Source of the DNA: a virus
Virus record (IMG/VR): IMGVR_UViG_3300031772_000013
Location: 1 to 64,000 of that record
DNA length: 64,000 nt
Reading direction: 5' to 3' (one strand)
The first letter of the stretch is position 1, and every line of letters begins with the position of its first letter. The translations under genes were made by a program, and so were the position numbers. The notes under the pieces were generated by a model, which saw only the letters and a program-made list of their open reading frames with translations, was not told the origin of the DNA and did not search any database. Positions 56,419 through 64,000 of this stretch are shown here, one piece after another.

Positions 56419-57680
56419 TCTCGCCCCACCACAACGACAGCCGGGAACTCCCTGGCCTTCAGATGCCAGAGCGCAACGAAGCGGTGTGCCCCCTCGATGA
56501 TGAACGGCCCCTTCTCGTCGATGCCGATGATGAGCGGGCTGATCTCGCCAGAGCGCCCGATCAGCTCGGCCAGGCGCTCGCTCCGCTCGAAGTCGTCCGC
56601 GGCGTAGAACACCGAGCGCGGGTTGCCGAGGTCGGACATCGGCACGACGCGAACGCCCGGGAGCTCTTCCTGCTCCTCCATGTAGTCGTCGATCGATTCG
56701 ACGTTCGGAACGTCTTTGCGCACGAGGCGCCCGTCGACGTACTCGCCAGCTCGTGGGTAGCGCGAGCCTGTCGATTCGATCAGGGATTCGAGCGAGGTCG
56801 CCTCGCGCAATCCGAATGGACGGCTCTTCTGCCCCCACAACGCTTGCGCCGCCTCCGTGTGGGGCTCGTCCGGGAGAAAACTGAGCCCCGATAGTTGCTC
56901 CGCCCACACGTAGAGCTCCGTCGCGATCCCCTGCCGACGGTATTCGGGGCGCACCTCGATGGCGCCCTTCAGCGTTTCGTCCGAAGGACGCTCTCTCCCG
57001 TAGAACAGGGAGCCGACGACCTTGTTTCCATCGACCGCGATGATGGTGGCGTAGCCGCCCTTGTGCGGAAGCCAGTGCATCTCGTATCCGTTGAACGGTT
57101 TACTCTTCTGAGCGCGCCTCAACGAGTCCCGCAAGGAGTCGTCCAGGGCCGCCCACTTGCGGGGGTCATCGCTTGGGCCTGATTCGCGCATCTCACCTGC
57201 GCCGCGCTCGACGAGAAACACGGCCGGGATGCTCTTCCAAGCCATTCCGATCGCGTAGCTGACCCTGCCACGCCCGTCGCCGATGGCGGTGTCCCCGTTG
57301 CGGAGCGTCACGACGACGATGGGAGGCACGGTGCGGGGCGTCCACTGGACAGCGCGCTTGGCCCAGGCCGCCCCTCGGAACGAGTGTAGTTCAAGGACAC
57401 GGTCTTGCTCGTCGAGTTCCTTGAGATCCCCGTGCCGCCATTCGGGCCACGAAGAGAGATCGTCGTAGATGCCGAGTTCCTTGAGCGACACGACGCGGGA
57501 TTCGATGGCGAAGTCGTCAAGGTTCAGCTCGTGCTCGCTGGAGTCACTCATGTGATCCAGAGCGTCCGCCAAGTCTTGCGGATCGGCCTCGATGCTTTGC
57601 GCTGGCTCTCGCATCGTCGCGACTGAGCGGCGAGTGAGCTGGCTCCCTTTGGGTTCGATTCGGTAGTAGAGCTTGGGCAT
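56415..57680 (-). CDS. ParB-like + GNAT acetyltransferase + ParB-like modular protein
   Basis: PPIVV..GDGRGR; V.PEYRRQGIAT.LY; PLII..IEGAHR. Confidence 0.8.
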   Translation of the reverse strand: MPKLYYRIEPKGSQLTRRSVATMREPAQSIEADPQDLADALDHMSDSSEHELNLDDFAIESRVVSLKELGIYDDLSSWPEWRHGDLKELDEQDRVLELHSFRGAAWAKRAVQWTPRTVPPIVVVTLRNGDTAIGDGRGRVSYAIGMAWKSIPAVFLVERGAGEMRESGPSDDPRKWAALDDSLRDSLRRAQKSKPFNGYEMHWLPHKGGYATIIAVDGNKVVGSLFYGRERPSDETLKGAIEVRPEYRRQGIATELYVWAEQLSGLSFLPDEPHTEAAQALWGQKSRPFGLREATSLESLIESTGSRYPRAGEYVDGRLVRKDVPNVESIDDYMEEQEELPGVRVVPMSDLGNPRSVFYAADDFERSERLAELIGRSGEISPLIIGIDEKGPFIIEGAHRFVALWHLKAREFPAVVVVGRD

Positions 57681-57685
57681 TGTTT

Positions 57686-58495
57686 TCACACGAACGTGAA
57701 GACGACCTCTACCGAGTCGTCTTTGGCGCGACGAGCGGCGACGAGACGGTGGTTGCCGTCCACGATCCACCCGGACCCGTTCTGAAAGACGCCGATCTCG
57801 ATGGGCGGGAGCCAGACGCCCTCGCCGCGCGCCTGTTGCACCGATCGCAGTCGCGCCTTGTCGATGGCGGTCGCGCGCAAGCTGTTCAATTCCTCCAGAG
57901 GGACGATAGCAGACACGGTCCAGTAGTCGCCGACCAAGTGGTACGACGGCGGCCCGTACGCCGAACGAGGGGAACCTCGATCTGGATCTGCCGGCAAGGA
58001 CCGGTACTTGTCGAAGGGGCCTTGTTTACGAGCGGTCGTCTCGCGCATCTCACCTGCACCACCTTCGTCACGCCAGCGCGCGTCCTCGACGACCGCGACA
58101 AACTCGCTCTCCGGCATGAACATCTCGATCGCGCAGTCGCCACGGAAGTGCGCGGCGAGAACGCGATGGTTTCCGTCCTGCACGTACGCTTTGCCCGACC
58201 GTCGCCGTTGCGAACGCCCTCCGTAGGAGGCGGTCCCGGGCGGAAAGGGCGTGCCCCGAGCTGCGTACCGCCTCGCGCGCTCGACGCGCTCCTGACTCGA
58301 TTCTTCTTCGGTCTGGAAGTCCAGGTAGTCGAGCGGCACGGTAGCGCGCACCCAGATCGGGCCGCGATCAAACATCCACTCATACATGGCGGGATCGGGG
58401 GGCGCCCCGTGACGTCCGCGCGCGTAGAGGCGCTGGTAACTGTCGACGACGTCGTGGACGTCGAGCCGCTCGATGATGGCGAAGTCGCACGTCAT
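57686..58495 (-). CDS. tandem ParB/Srx-like domain protein
   Basis: DGNHR twice, separated by GAGEMRE. Confidence 0.8.
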   Translation of the reverse strand: MTCDFAIIERLDVHDVVDSYQRLYARGRHGAPPDPAMYEWMFDRGPIWVRATVPLDYLDFQTEEESSQERVERARRYAARGTPFPPGTASYGGRSQRRRSGKAYVQDGNHRVLAAHFRGDCAIEMFMPESEFVAVVEDARWRDEGGAGEMRETTARKQGPFDKYRSLPADPDRGSPRSAYGPPSYHLVGDYWTVSAIVPLEELNSLRATAIDKARLRSVQQARGEGVWLPPIEIGVFQNGSGWIVDGNHRLVAARRAKDDSVEVVFTFV

Positions 58496-59622
58496 TCTCG
58501 TGCTCCGAGCGCGTAGAGCCTAGCGAGGAGGCGGTGCGCACGCTCCTCGTCGAGCGGTTCCTTCTGCCCGAACTCCCGACGGACGTAGAACGCGAGTGTC
58601 GAGTCGTCGTCAACCTCGTCTCGCGTGACCTTCCCGTCGAGGATGTCTTCCACGTAGGCGAGTAGTCGGTTTGAAACACGCGAAGCGAATCCGGCATCCA
58701 CGAGCTTCGGCCGACCGTCTTCGTCGAACGCTACCGAGTCTTCCTTGAACTCTGGCATCGCCCAGCCCTCGGCGAGCATGTACGGCGCGACGTGGTCCCA
58801 GAGTTCGCGTATCTTCACGCCCGCGTTCCAGGCTCGGGATCTCCCTCGGATACACTCGCGCACGATGACTCCGTGCTCAGGATCCCATCGCTCGAACGCC
58901 GCCACGTACGGGCGCACTTCCGGGATCTGGCTCGCAACGGAGAGCCATTCGGCCTCGTCGTAAAGCCTCTCTCTCTTTCTTCCTCTGGCGACCTTGTACG
59001 CGAAGTGGGCATCGCAGAACACGACACCCTCTCCACCGGCACCGATGTACTCAAGCGGTGGAGTCGCTCCGGCTTCGATCGCGTACGTGAGAGCTATCTC
59101 GATCCATGTGGTCTCTCCGCCGGGTAGATCCCTTGGGTTCGAGAGCGCTTCGATGGCGCGGTGGCCGCCTCGAAAGTAGCTCGACTGCGGGACGCTCTCC
59201 GCCACACGCCCCCCGCTGAGTCGCCTTGGGCGAGCACCAGGCCGAAGGATGACCTCGTGCTCGTGCCCGAACGCCCGGCTACCGAGCGCCGTCGCGTCGC
59301 CGTTCGGGTACGTTACGGCCCAGTGGAGCAGCACGTCCTCCGGGCGCAGCTCGAACGTCTCGAAGGCCGTCATGTACGTCGGACGGTCGGTGGATAGGCT
59401 CATCCCGCCCACTCCCTGGTCACCAGGCTTCGTGCGGCGGTACGCGGTGAGCGTCGGCCCAGGGAAGACCTGCTCGACGGCCTGCTCGAGGGCGGCTCGC
59501 TGCCGGGTCGGGAGCGCCTCGTAGCGTTCGAGAAGCTCGCGCTTCGCTGCGGGATCGTTGTAATGGATCCAAAAAGCGAGCGGCTGGTGCAGGACGTCGA
59601 GGGCCAGGGAGAGTTGGAGCAT
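58492..59622 (-). CDS. ART-like module + kinase-like module
   Basis: AYR..SLST..EHEVIL; IGAGGEGVV, AYKV, VDAG. Confidence 0.6.
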   Translation of the reverse strand: MLQLSLALDVLHQPLAFWIHYNDPAAKRELLERYEALPTRQRAALEQAVEQVFPGPTLTAYRRTKPGDQGVGGMSLSTDRPTYMTAFETFELRPEDVLLHWAVTYPNGDATALGSRAFGHEHEVILRPGARPRRLSGGRVAESVPQSSYFRGGHRAIEALSNPRDLPGGETTWIEIALTYAIEAGATPPLEYIGAGGEGVVFCDAHFAYKVARGRKRERLYDEAEWLSVASQIPEVRPYVAAFERWDPEHGVIVRECIRGRSRAWNAGVKIRELWDHVAPYMLAEGWAMPEFKEDSVAFDEDGRPKLVDAGFASRVSNRLLAYVEDILDGKVTRDEVDDDSTLAFYVRREFGQKEPLDEERAHRLLARLYALGARE

Positions 59623-59626
59623 CGCG

Positions 59627-60514
59627 CTACAGTGCCTCGCGCCCCTCTTCGACCAGCACCGTTTCGATGTCGCCGCCTCCCGCCGTCGGCGTGTGCCCCG
59701 GGTCGAAGATCACGACGCGGTCCCAGTCGTCGTCGTCGCGCGCGATGTGCCAGCCGATGTTCAGGAAGTGTACGTCGCGTAGGTAGACGCCGTTCGATGC
59801 GAGCATCGCGAGCGACTCGCCGAGAGGTGCCCATGCGGGGCCGTCGAACTTTGTCTCGGTGATGCGAAGCGCCTTGTGCCCCGCGTCTTCGGGTGAGCTG
59901 AAGCCCAGCTCGTGCTTGTAGTAGTCTCTGATCTCATGTTGTCGGTGGCTGCGCGGGTGGCTGCCGAGAACGTGCCATGCGGTTGCTGCTTCCCGGTACG
60001 TCATCAAACCACTGATCGCTGTGTCGAAGCTCGACCGCTCCCACGGTTTCTGGCCGGGTGCGACCCTCACGCTGGTTGGCCGTGTTGGCGTGTGGAGCCC
60101 GAGCTTCGCGTTCGTGTACTCCGACGTGGCGATCATCGTCCCGCCACCGTGGTGTCCGAGTTCCTTCGCGCGGTACTCCTTGAACACCGGCTCGATGCCT
60201 TCCCTCACGATCGCCCAGACTTTGCGATTTCGTCCACCCGTCACGAGGTCCGGCATGATCCGGCGGATGATCCTGATCTCGGGGAAGCCGCCGTCGCCGT
60301 ACTGCTCCTCGCCTATGAGACCCATGATCTTCGACCAGATAGGCCCCTCGGTCGGATCGATGCTGAGCTTCACAACCCATGGCGGTTCGCTCTCGAAGAC
60401 GCAGCCCCAGTGACCGCACCCGAGCATGCGTCCTAGGGACATACCGACGGCGTGCTCGATAGCGGCGCGCTTCGTGAGAAGCTGCTCGACCCACGCTTTC
60501 TTGCGAATAGGCAT
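59627..60514 (-). CDS. protein-kinase-like fold protein
   Basis: LGCGHWGCV, VVK, RDVH..N, FDPG. Confidence 0.75.
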   Translation of the reverse strand: MPIRKKAWVEQLLTKRAAIEHAVGMSLGRMLGCGHWGCVFESEPPWVVKLSIDPTEGPIWSKIMGLIGEEQYGDGGFPEIRIIRRIMPDLVTGGRNRKVWAIVREGIEPVFKEYRAKELGHHGGGTMIATSEYTNAKLGLHTPTRPTSVRVAPGQKPWERSSFDTAISGLMTYREAATAWHVLGSHPRSHRQHEIRDYYKHELGFSSPEDAGHKALRITETKFDGPAWAPLGESLAMLASNGVYLRDVHFLNIGWHIARDDDDWDRVVIFDPGHTPTAGGGDIETVLVEEGREAL

Positions 60515-60557
60515 GCTTCGTCTCAGATGAACGTGATCGGCTCCGCCACGACCAGTG

Positions 60558-60776
60558 TCACAGGACAACCTCCACAGGAATCCACGACGAGGTGTCTCGC
60601 ATCCACTGGAAAAGCTGCACCTTCTGCTCCGTCATGATCCTGGCGTTCTTGACGAGCAGAAGCATGGTGCCGAAGTCCGCGAAGGTCGGCCCGATCATGT
60701 TCCCGGTACCGGTGACCACTGGGCCAATCGCGCTTCGCACCGAGAACGGTGGAACAAAAATGTAGTACCAGTTCAT
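60558..60776 (-). CDS. small hypothetical protein between direct repeats
   Basis: 72-aa ORF; repeats at 60525-60553 and 60792-60820. Confidence 0.55.
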   Translation of the reverse strand: MNWYYIFVPPFSVRSAIGPVVTGTGNMIGPTFADFGTMLLLVKNARIMTEQKVQLFQWMRDTSSWIPVEVVL

Positions 60777-60789
60777 CGGCTACGTCTTT

Positions 60790-62298
60790 TTAGATGAACG
60801 TGATCGGTTGCGCCACGACCGGCACACCCGCCAGCGCGAGCTGCAAGGTCCGCGTGAAGAGCCCGCTCAGGAAAGGCACCGCTCCCCCGACGGTCACCGG
60901 GGGCTGCATCGTCGCTGGCACAAGCGGTGGGCTCGGCGGTGGGGCGGCGTTGCCGGGATCGACGAACTGCCCGAGCAGCCCAGCGAGCTGAACGTTCGAG
61001 GGCGGCACGGCCGGCGACGGGCTCACCCGCACCGCGCCCGTCGGCTTCTTGATGACCGTAGTGCCGATGTTGCCCTTGGTTCCGACGTTGTTGTTCGTGC
61101 CGGTGTTGACGAGCCCGGTGTTGTTGGTGTCGATCCCCGTGTACTCCGTCGTGAGCGTCACGATTTTCGGTCCCAGCGCCGCGACGGTGTAGAGCGTGCC
61201 CATCTGCTCGGCGAACTCGATGACGTTGCCTGGCGCGAGCGCGGCCGTTTGATCGGCCGTCGTAGGCACGTCCTTCGATCCGGTCGTGACGATGAAGTCG
61301 CCAGCCAGATGCGGGGTACTGGTCCCTTGCGCGGCGAGCGCGAAGTACGAGGGAGGCAAGTACGCGAGCGCCTTCGAGATGAGGAGCTGAGCCTCGTCAG
61401 TGAGCGCGAAGAACGTGTTGTCACCTTGGCCTGCGCCGACGCCGGTACCCGGGGTCGCATTTGGTCGGATCGATGGGAGTGGGCCTGAAAGTTCGACGAG
61501 TGTGATCTCTCCGATGCTGTTGCCGAACCCGCCAACGCTCGCGATGACGATGTTCGTGATCTCGGCGATATTTATCGTGCCTCCCGCGAGAGCGACAGCG
61601 GCCGGCCGCCTGCCAGTAAGCGAAACCGTCGTAGATCCCGCAGCACCGAGCGTGTCCTTGTACGTCACGGTCACGGTCCTCGCGCCCGATCCCGCCGGGA
61701 TCGGTGGCACGGTCGCGACGCCAGCGGTGTCGAGATCCGAGCTGGAGTAGATGGCAGCGATCGTGACCGGTGCTGCGATCTCATGGAACGCGCCCGTGTT
61801 CTGCGTCACACCTGTGTACGGCGTCGTGAGGTTGATCGATGTGGGTGTCGTCCCTGCTGCGATCGTGTAGAAGACGCCCTGTTGCGAGAGAAACTGGATG
61901 ATGCTCCCGGTGACGAGCGACGGGAGTTGTGTCATCGACGTCAGGACGCCGGTTGAACCGTTCGTGGGGAAGAACGATCCCGGAAGCGTCACCGCCTCTC
62001 GTAACGGGTACGGGAGCACGGGGGGCGTCGCGGTGCGAGGGTGACAGGGAAAGGGAGGCGGCGCCTTGCGCGCGTTCGCGGCGTCCATGTTGAGCGTCAG
62101 GGTGCGCGTCGCGGTGGTCGGCCCGGACACGGCGGAAGCGTCACTCGCGACGGTGAGGCCGTAGTTCTGCCCGAGCACGGGGTCGGTGGTCGGATCTCCA
62201 AAGAGTGGAACCGCAGCGAGCGCAGCAGCCGCCGCCACAGGCCCGAGAATGGTGTTCGTGACGTCGACGGTCCACTTGAGCACGATTTGAGTCGCCAT
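60790..62298 (-). CDS. Thr/Gly/Pro-rich probable virion structural protein
   Basis: composition; repeated YT...LTT.YTG modules. Confidence 0.6.
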   Translation of the reverse strand: MATQIVLKWTVDVTNTILGPVAAAAALAAVPLFGDPTTDPVLGQNYGLTVASDASAVSGPTTATRTLTLNMDAANARKAPPPFPCHPRTATPPVLPYPLREAVTLPGSFFPTNGSTGVLTSMTQLPSLVTGSIIQFLSQQGVFYTIAAGTTPTSINLTTPYTGVTQNTGAFHEIAAPVTIAAIYSSSDLDTAGVATVPPIPAGSGARTVTVTYKDTLGAAGSTTVSLTGRRPAAVALAGGTINIAEITNIVIASVGGFGNSIGEITLVELSGPLPSIRPNATPGTGVGAGQGDNTFFALTDEAQLLISKALAYLPPSYFALAAQGTSTPHLAGDFIVTTGSKDVPTTADQTAALAPGNVIEFAEQMGTLYTVAALGPKIVTLTTEYTGIDTNNTGLVNTGTNNNVGTKGNIGTTVIKKPTGAVRVSPSPAVPPSNVQLAGLLGQFVDPGNAAPPPSPPLVPATMQPPVTVGGAVPFLSGLFTRTLQLALAGVPVVAQPITFI

Positions 62299-62564
62299 GG
62301 GGGTGAGGATACCTTGTCGAGAGGCCCGTGAGAGAGCCATGATCGCTCAGGGCGGACTTCGGGCCACGTTCGAGGGTAAACGGCCGCTTTGGGGCTCTGT
62401 GAGCGTTTCTCGGGCGACAGCCGCAAATAGCCAGGTCAAATACCGCGCTGGAGCCGCGTTGGAGCCACGCGAAAGCCAGTCGGGGAACCCGGGGGGTCAC
62501 ACATGCACCGATCGTGGGCGCAGAGGCGCGGAAGGGCAATCGCACCCCCTGGACACCCTGGGAC

Positions 62565-62594
62565 CATGCGTGATAAGCCTGGTTCTCACGCATG
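62565..62594. promoter_or_regulatory. putative tyrosine-recombinase core site (12-6-12 inverted repeat)
   Basis: CATGCGTGATAA-GCCTGG-TTCTCACGCATG, one mismatch, overlapping the recombinase ATG. Confidence 0.65.
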
Positions 62595-63746
62595 CCCCCC
62601 TCGACGCCTGATAACCAGATAACCAAAGCCGACGGCTCCGGTGCAATCACCGAAGCGCAAAGCGAGCTGGTAGCGCTCGACGCACGGGCGGAAGAGGAAG
62701 TCGACAAGGCAGTCCCGGCCAACACCAGGCGGGCCTACGAGTTCGAATTGGCCTGTTTCGTCTCCTGGTGCGCCCGCCACGGCGTTCGTGCGGTGCCGGC
62801 CGAGCCGCGGGTCCTTCGTGCCTACCTGCAAGAACTAGCCGAGCGTGGACGAAGCAAAACAGATGTCCCGAAGGGCAGACCGAAGGGGCCGCTCGGGTAC
62901 AGCGCTCTGATGCGAGCCCTCGCGGCCATCTGTCGCAGTCATCAGCAGGCCGGCCATCTAAGCCCGTGGAAAGACCCTGTTATCGAAGGCGTGCGCGACA
63001 AGTTCGCCAGAGCCCTCGGGAAGGCACCGAAGAAGCAGAAGCATGCGATCGAAGCTGTCGGGGAGGGTCTGCTGTTCCGTGTTTGCGACTTGATAAGCGA
63101 CGATGTTCGAGGGGTTAGGGATCGTGCGATGCTTCTCGTCGGCTGGTCCGGAGGCGGTCGCCGTCGCAGCGAGATCACCGCCGCACGCGCCGAGGACTTC
63201 ACCGAGATCGCGGAAGGGATCCGGTGGTCGATTCCGCGCAGCAAAGCGGACCAGATCGGCAAGGGTCTCGTGGTGTTGATGAAGCCGTCGGACGACGAGC
63301 GGTACTGCCCTGTTCAAGCGTTGCGGCGCTGGCTCGAAGTCTCGAAGATCGAAAGCGGTCCAGTGTTCCGGGGGGTCGAGGTAGGTACCAACAAGATCAT
63401 GGACGTCGGGCTCGCGCCTGAAGGAGTGTCGCGTCGCGTGCAGTGCTACGTGAAGCTGCTCGGCCTGGACCCGGCGGATTTTGGGGGCCACTCGCTACGC
63501 AGCGGGTTCGTCACGACCGCGCACAGGTTGGGGGAGAACGCGGCGGACATCGCGGCGTCCACCGGGCATCACGGGGTGAATCAGGTCAACGAGTACATCC
63601 GGCGCGCGGGACTCGAAGACGCAGCCGGGCCAGGGCTGCTCAACCGAGCGATTGCTCAGCGTGGCTCACAAACCGAACCGTCGAAACCGAAAGAGGTTGA
63701 CGAGAAAGGAGCCAATGAAGCGATGAGAAAGGAAAAGGAACGGTGA
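62592..63746 (+). CDS. Cre-like tyrosine recombinase
   Basis: NTRRAY, RDRA.LL.G...RRSE, SK.DQ, CPV, GHSLR.GF, TGH, Y. Confidence 0.93.
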   Translation: MPPSTPDNQITKADGSGAITEAQSELVALDARAEEEVDKAVPANTRRAYEFELACFVSWCARHGVRAVPAEPRVLRAYLQELAERGRSKTDVPKGRPKGPLGYSALMRALAAICRSHQQAGHLSPWKDPVIEGVRDKFARALGKAPKKQKHAIEAVGEGLLFRVCDLISDDVRGVRDRAMLLVGWSGGGRRRSEITAARAEDFTEIAEGIRWSIPRSKADQIGKGLVVLMKPSDDERYCPVQALRRWLEVSKIESGPVFRGVEVGTNKIMDVGLAPEGVSRRVQCYVKLLGLDPADFGGHSLRSGFVTTAHRLGENAADIAASTGHHGVNQVNEYIRRAGLEDAAGPGLLNRAIAQRGSQTEPSKPKEVDEKGANEAMRKEKER

Positions 63747-63806
63747 GAACGACGGAATGGAACATGATGCAAAGCAGGCAAGCTCTGCGGAAAGGCGAAT
63801 GATCAC

Positions 63807-64000
63807 ATGAAGAAGAAGTTGTTCAAGTTGCTTCGGGACGTCCCCGGCGGGCACGATGACGTGTTGGGGGGCAAGGTCTCACTCGACAACGTCTACGTCC
63901 GCACGTACGGGCGTACGGTTCGCGGGCGCGCGCCTGACGAGCTGGATGTGGACGAATCCTGCGTACGCGAGTACGCCCTGAGCGGTCAGAAGCGAACGCA
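63807..64000 (+). CDS. hypothetical protein, runs off the window
   Basis: ATG at 63807; frame open to the edge. Confidence 0.45.
   Translation, partial: MKKKLFKLLRDVPGGHDDVLGGKVSLDNVYVRTYGRTVRGRAPDELDVDESCVREYALSGQKRT

Noticed and set aside
1-64000. Specific host or phage family assignment
   Set aside because: High GC and the ANDN tag are compatible with several phyla (Myxococcota is only a guess); no capsid or terminase marker is present.

Overview
GC-rich segment of what is most likely a large tailed phage or phage-plasmid/prophage. It has no housekeeping operons and dense ATGA/GTGA-coupled small ORFs; no capsid, terminase or portal gene is visible. Recognisable content: (1) a replication block with family A DNA polymerase, RuvC-like resolvase, SF2 helicase, PD-(D/E)xK nuclease, Prim-Pol/helicase fusion and an iteron/AT-rich origin at ~40.0-40.3 kb, followed by a DEDDh exonuclease, ParB and a UvrD-like helicase; (2) three DNA methyltransferases, one apparently split across two overlapping frames; (3) ThyX, MazG-like, PAPS-reductase-like, Tad1-like and rhomboid genes; (4) a complete tmRNA; (5) a Cre-like recombinase with a 12-6-12 inverted-repeat site over its start codon. 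Two patterns go beyond these annotations. First, two clusters (~7.3-15.9 kb and ~51-60.5 kb) encode modular proteins whose ART-, ParB-, GNAT- and kinase-like domains are joined by basic linkers carrying a recurrent hydrophobic-X-Glu motif (VSE-A, MRE-S, LRE-A); this suggests protease-processed, virion-packaged polyproteins. Second, about ten genes or in-frame domains sit between 17-277 bp direct repeats that duplicate a gene start, gene end/RBS or linker, including a three-unit cassette array at the left edge. All family calls come from motif recognition by eye, not database searches.
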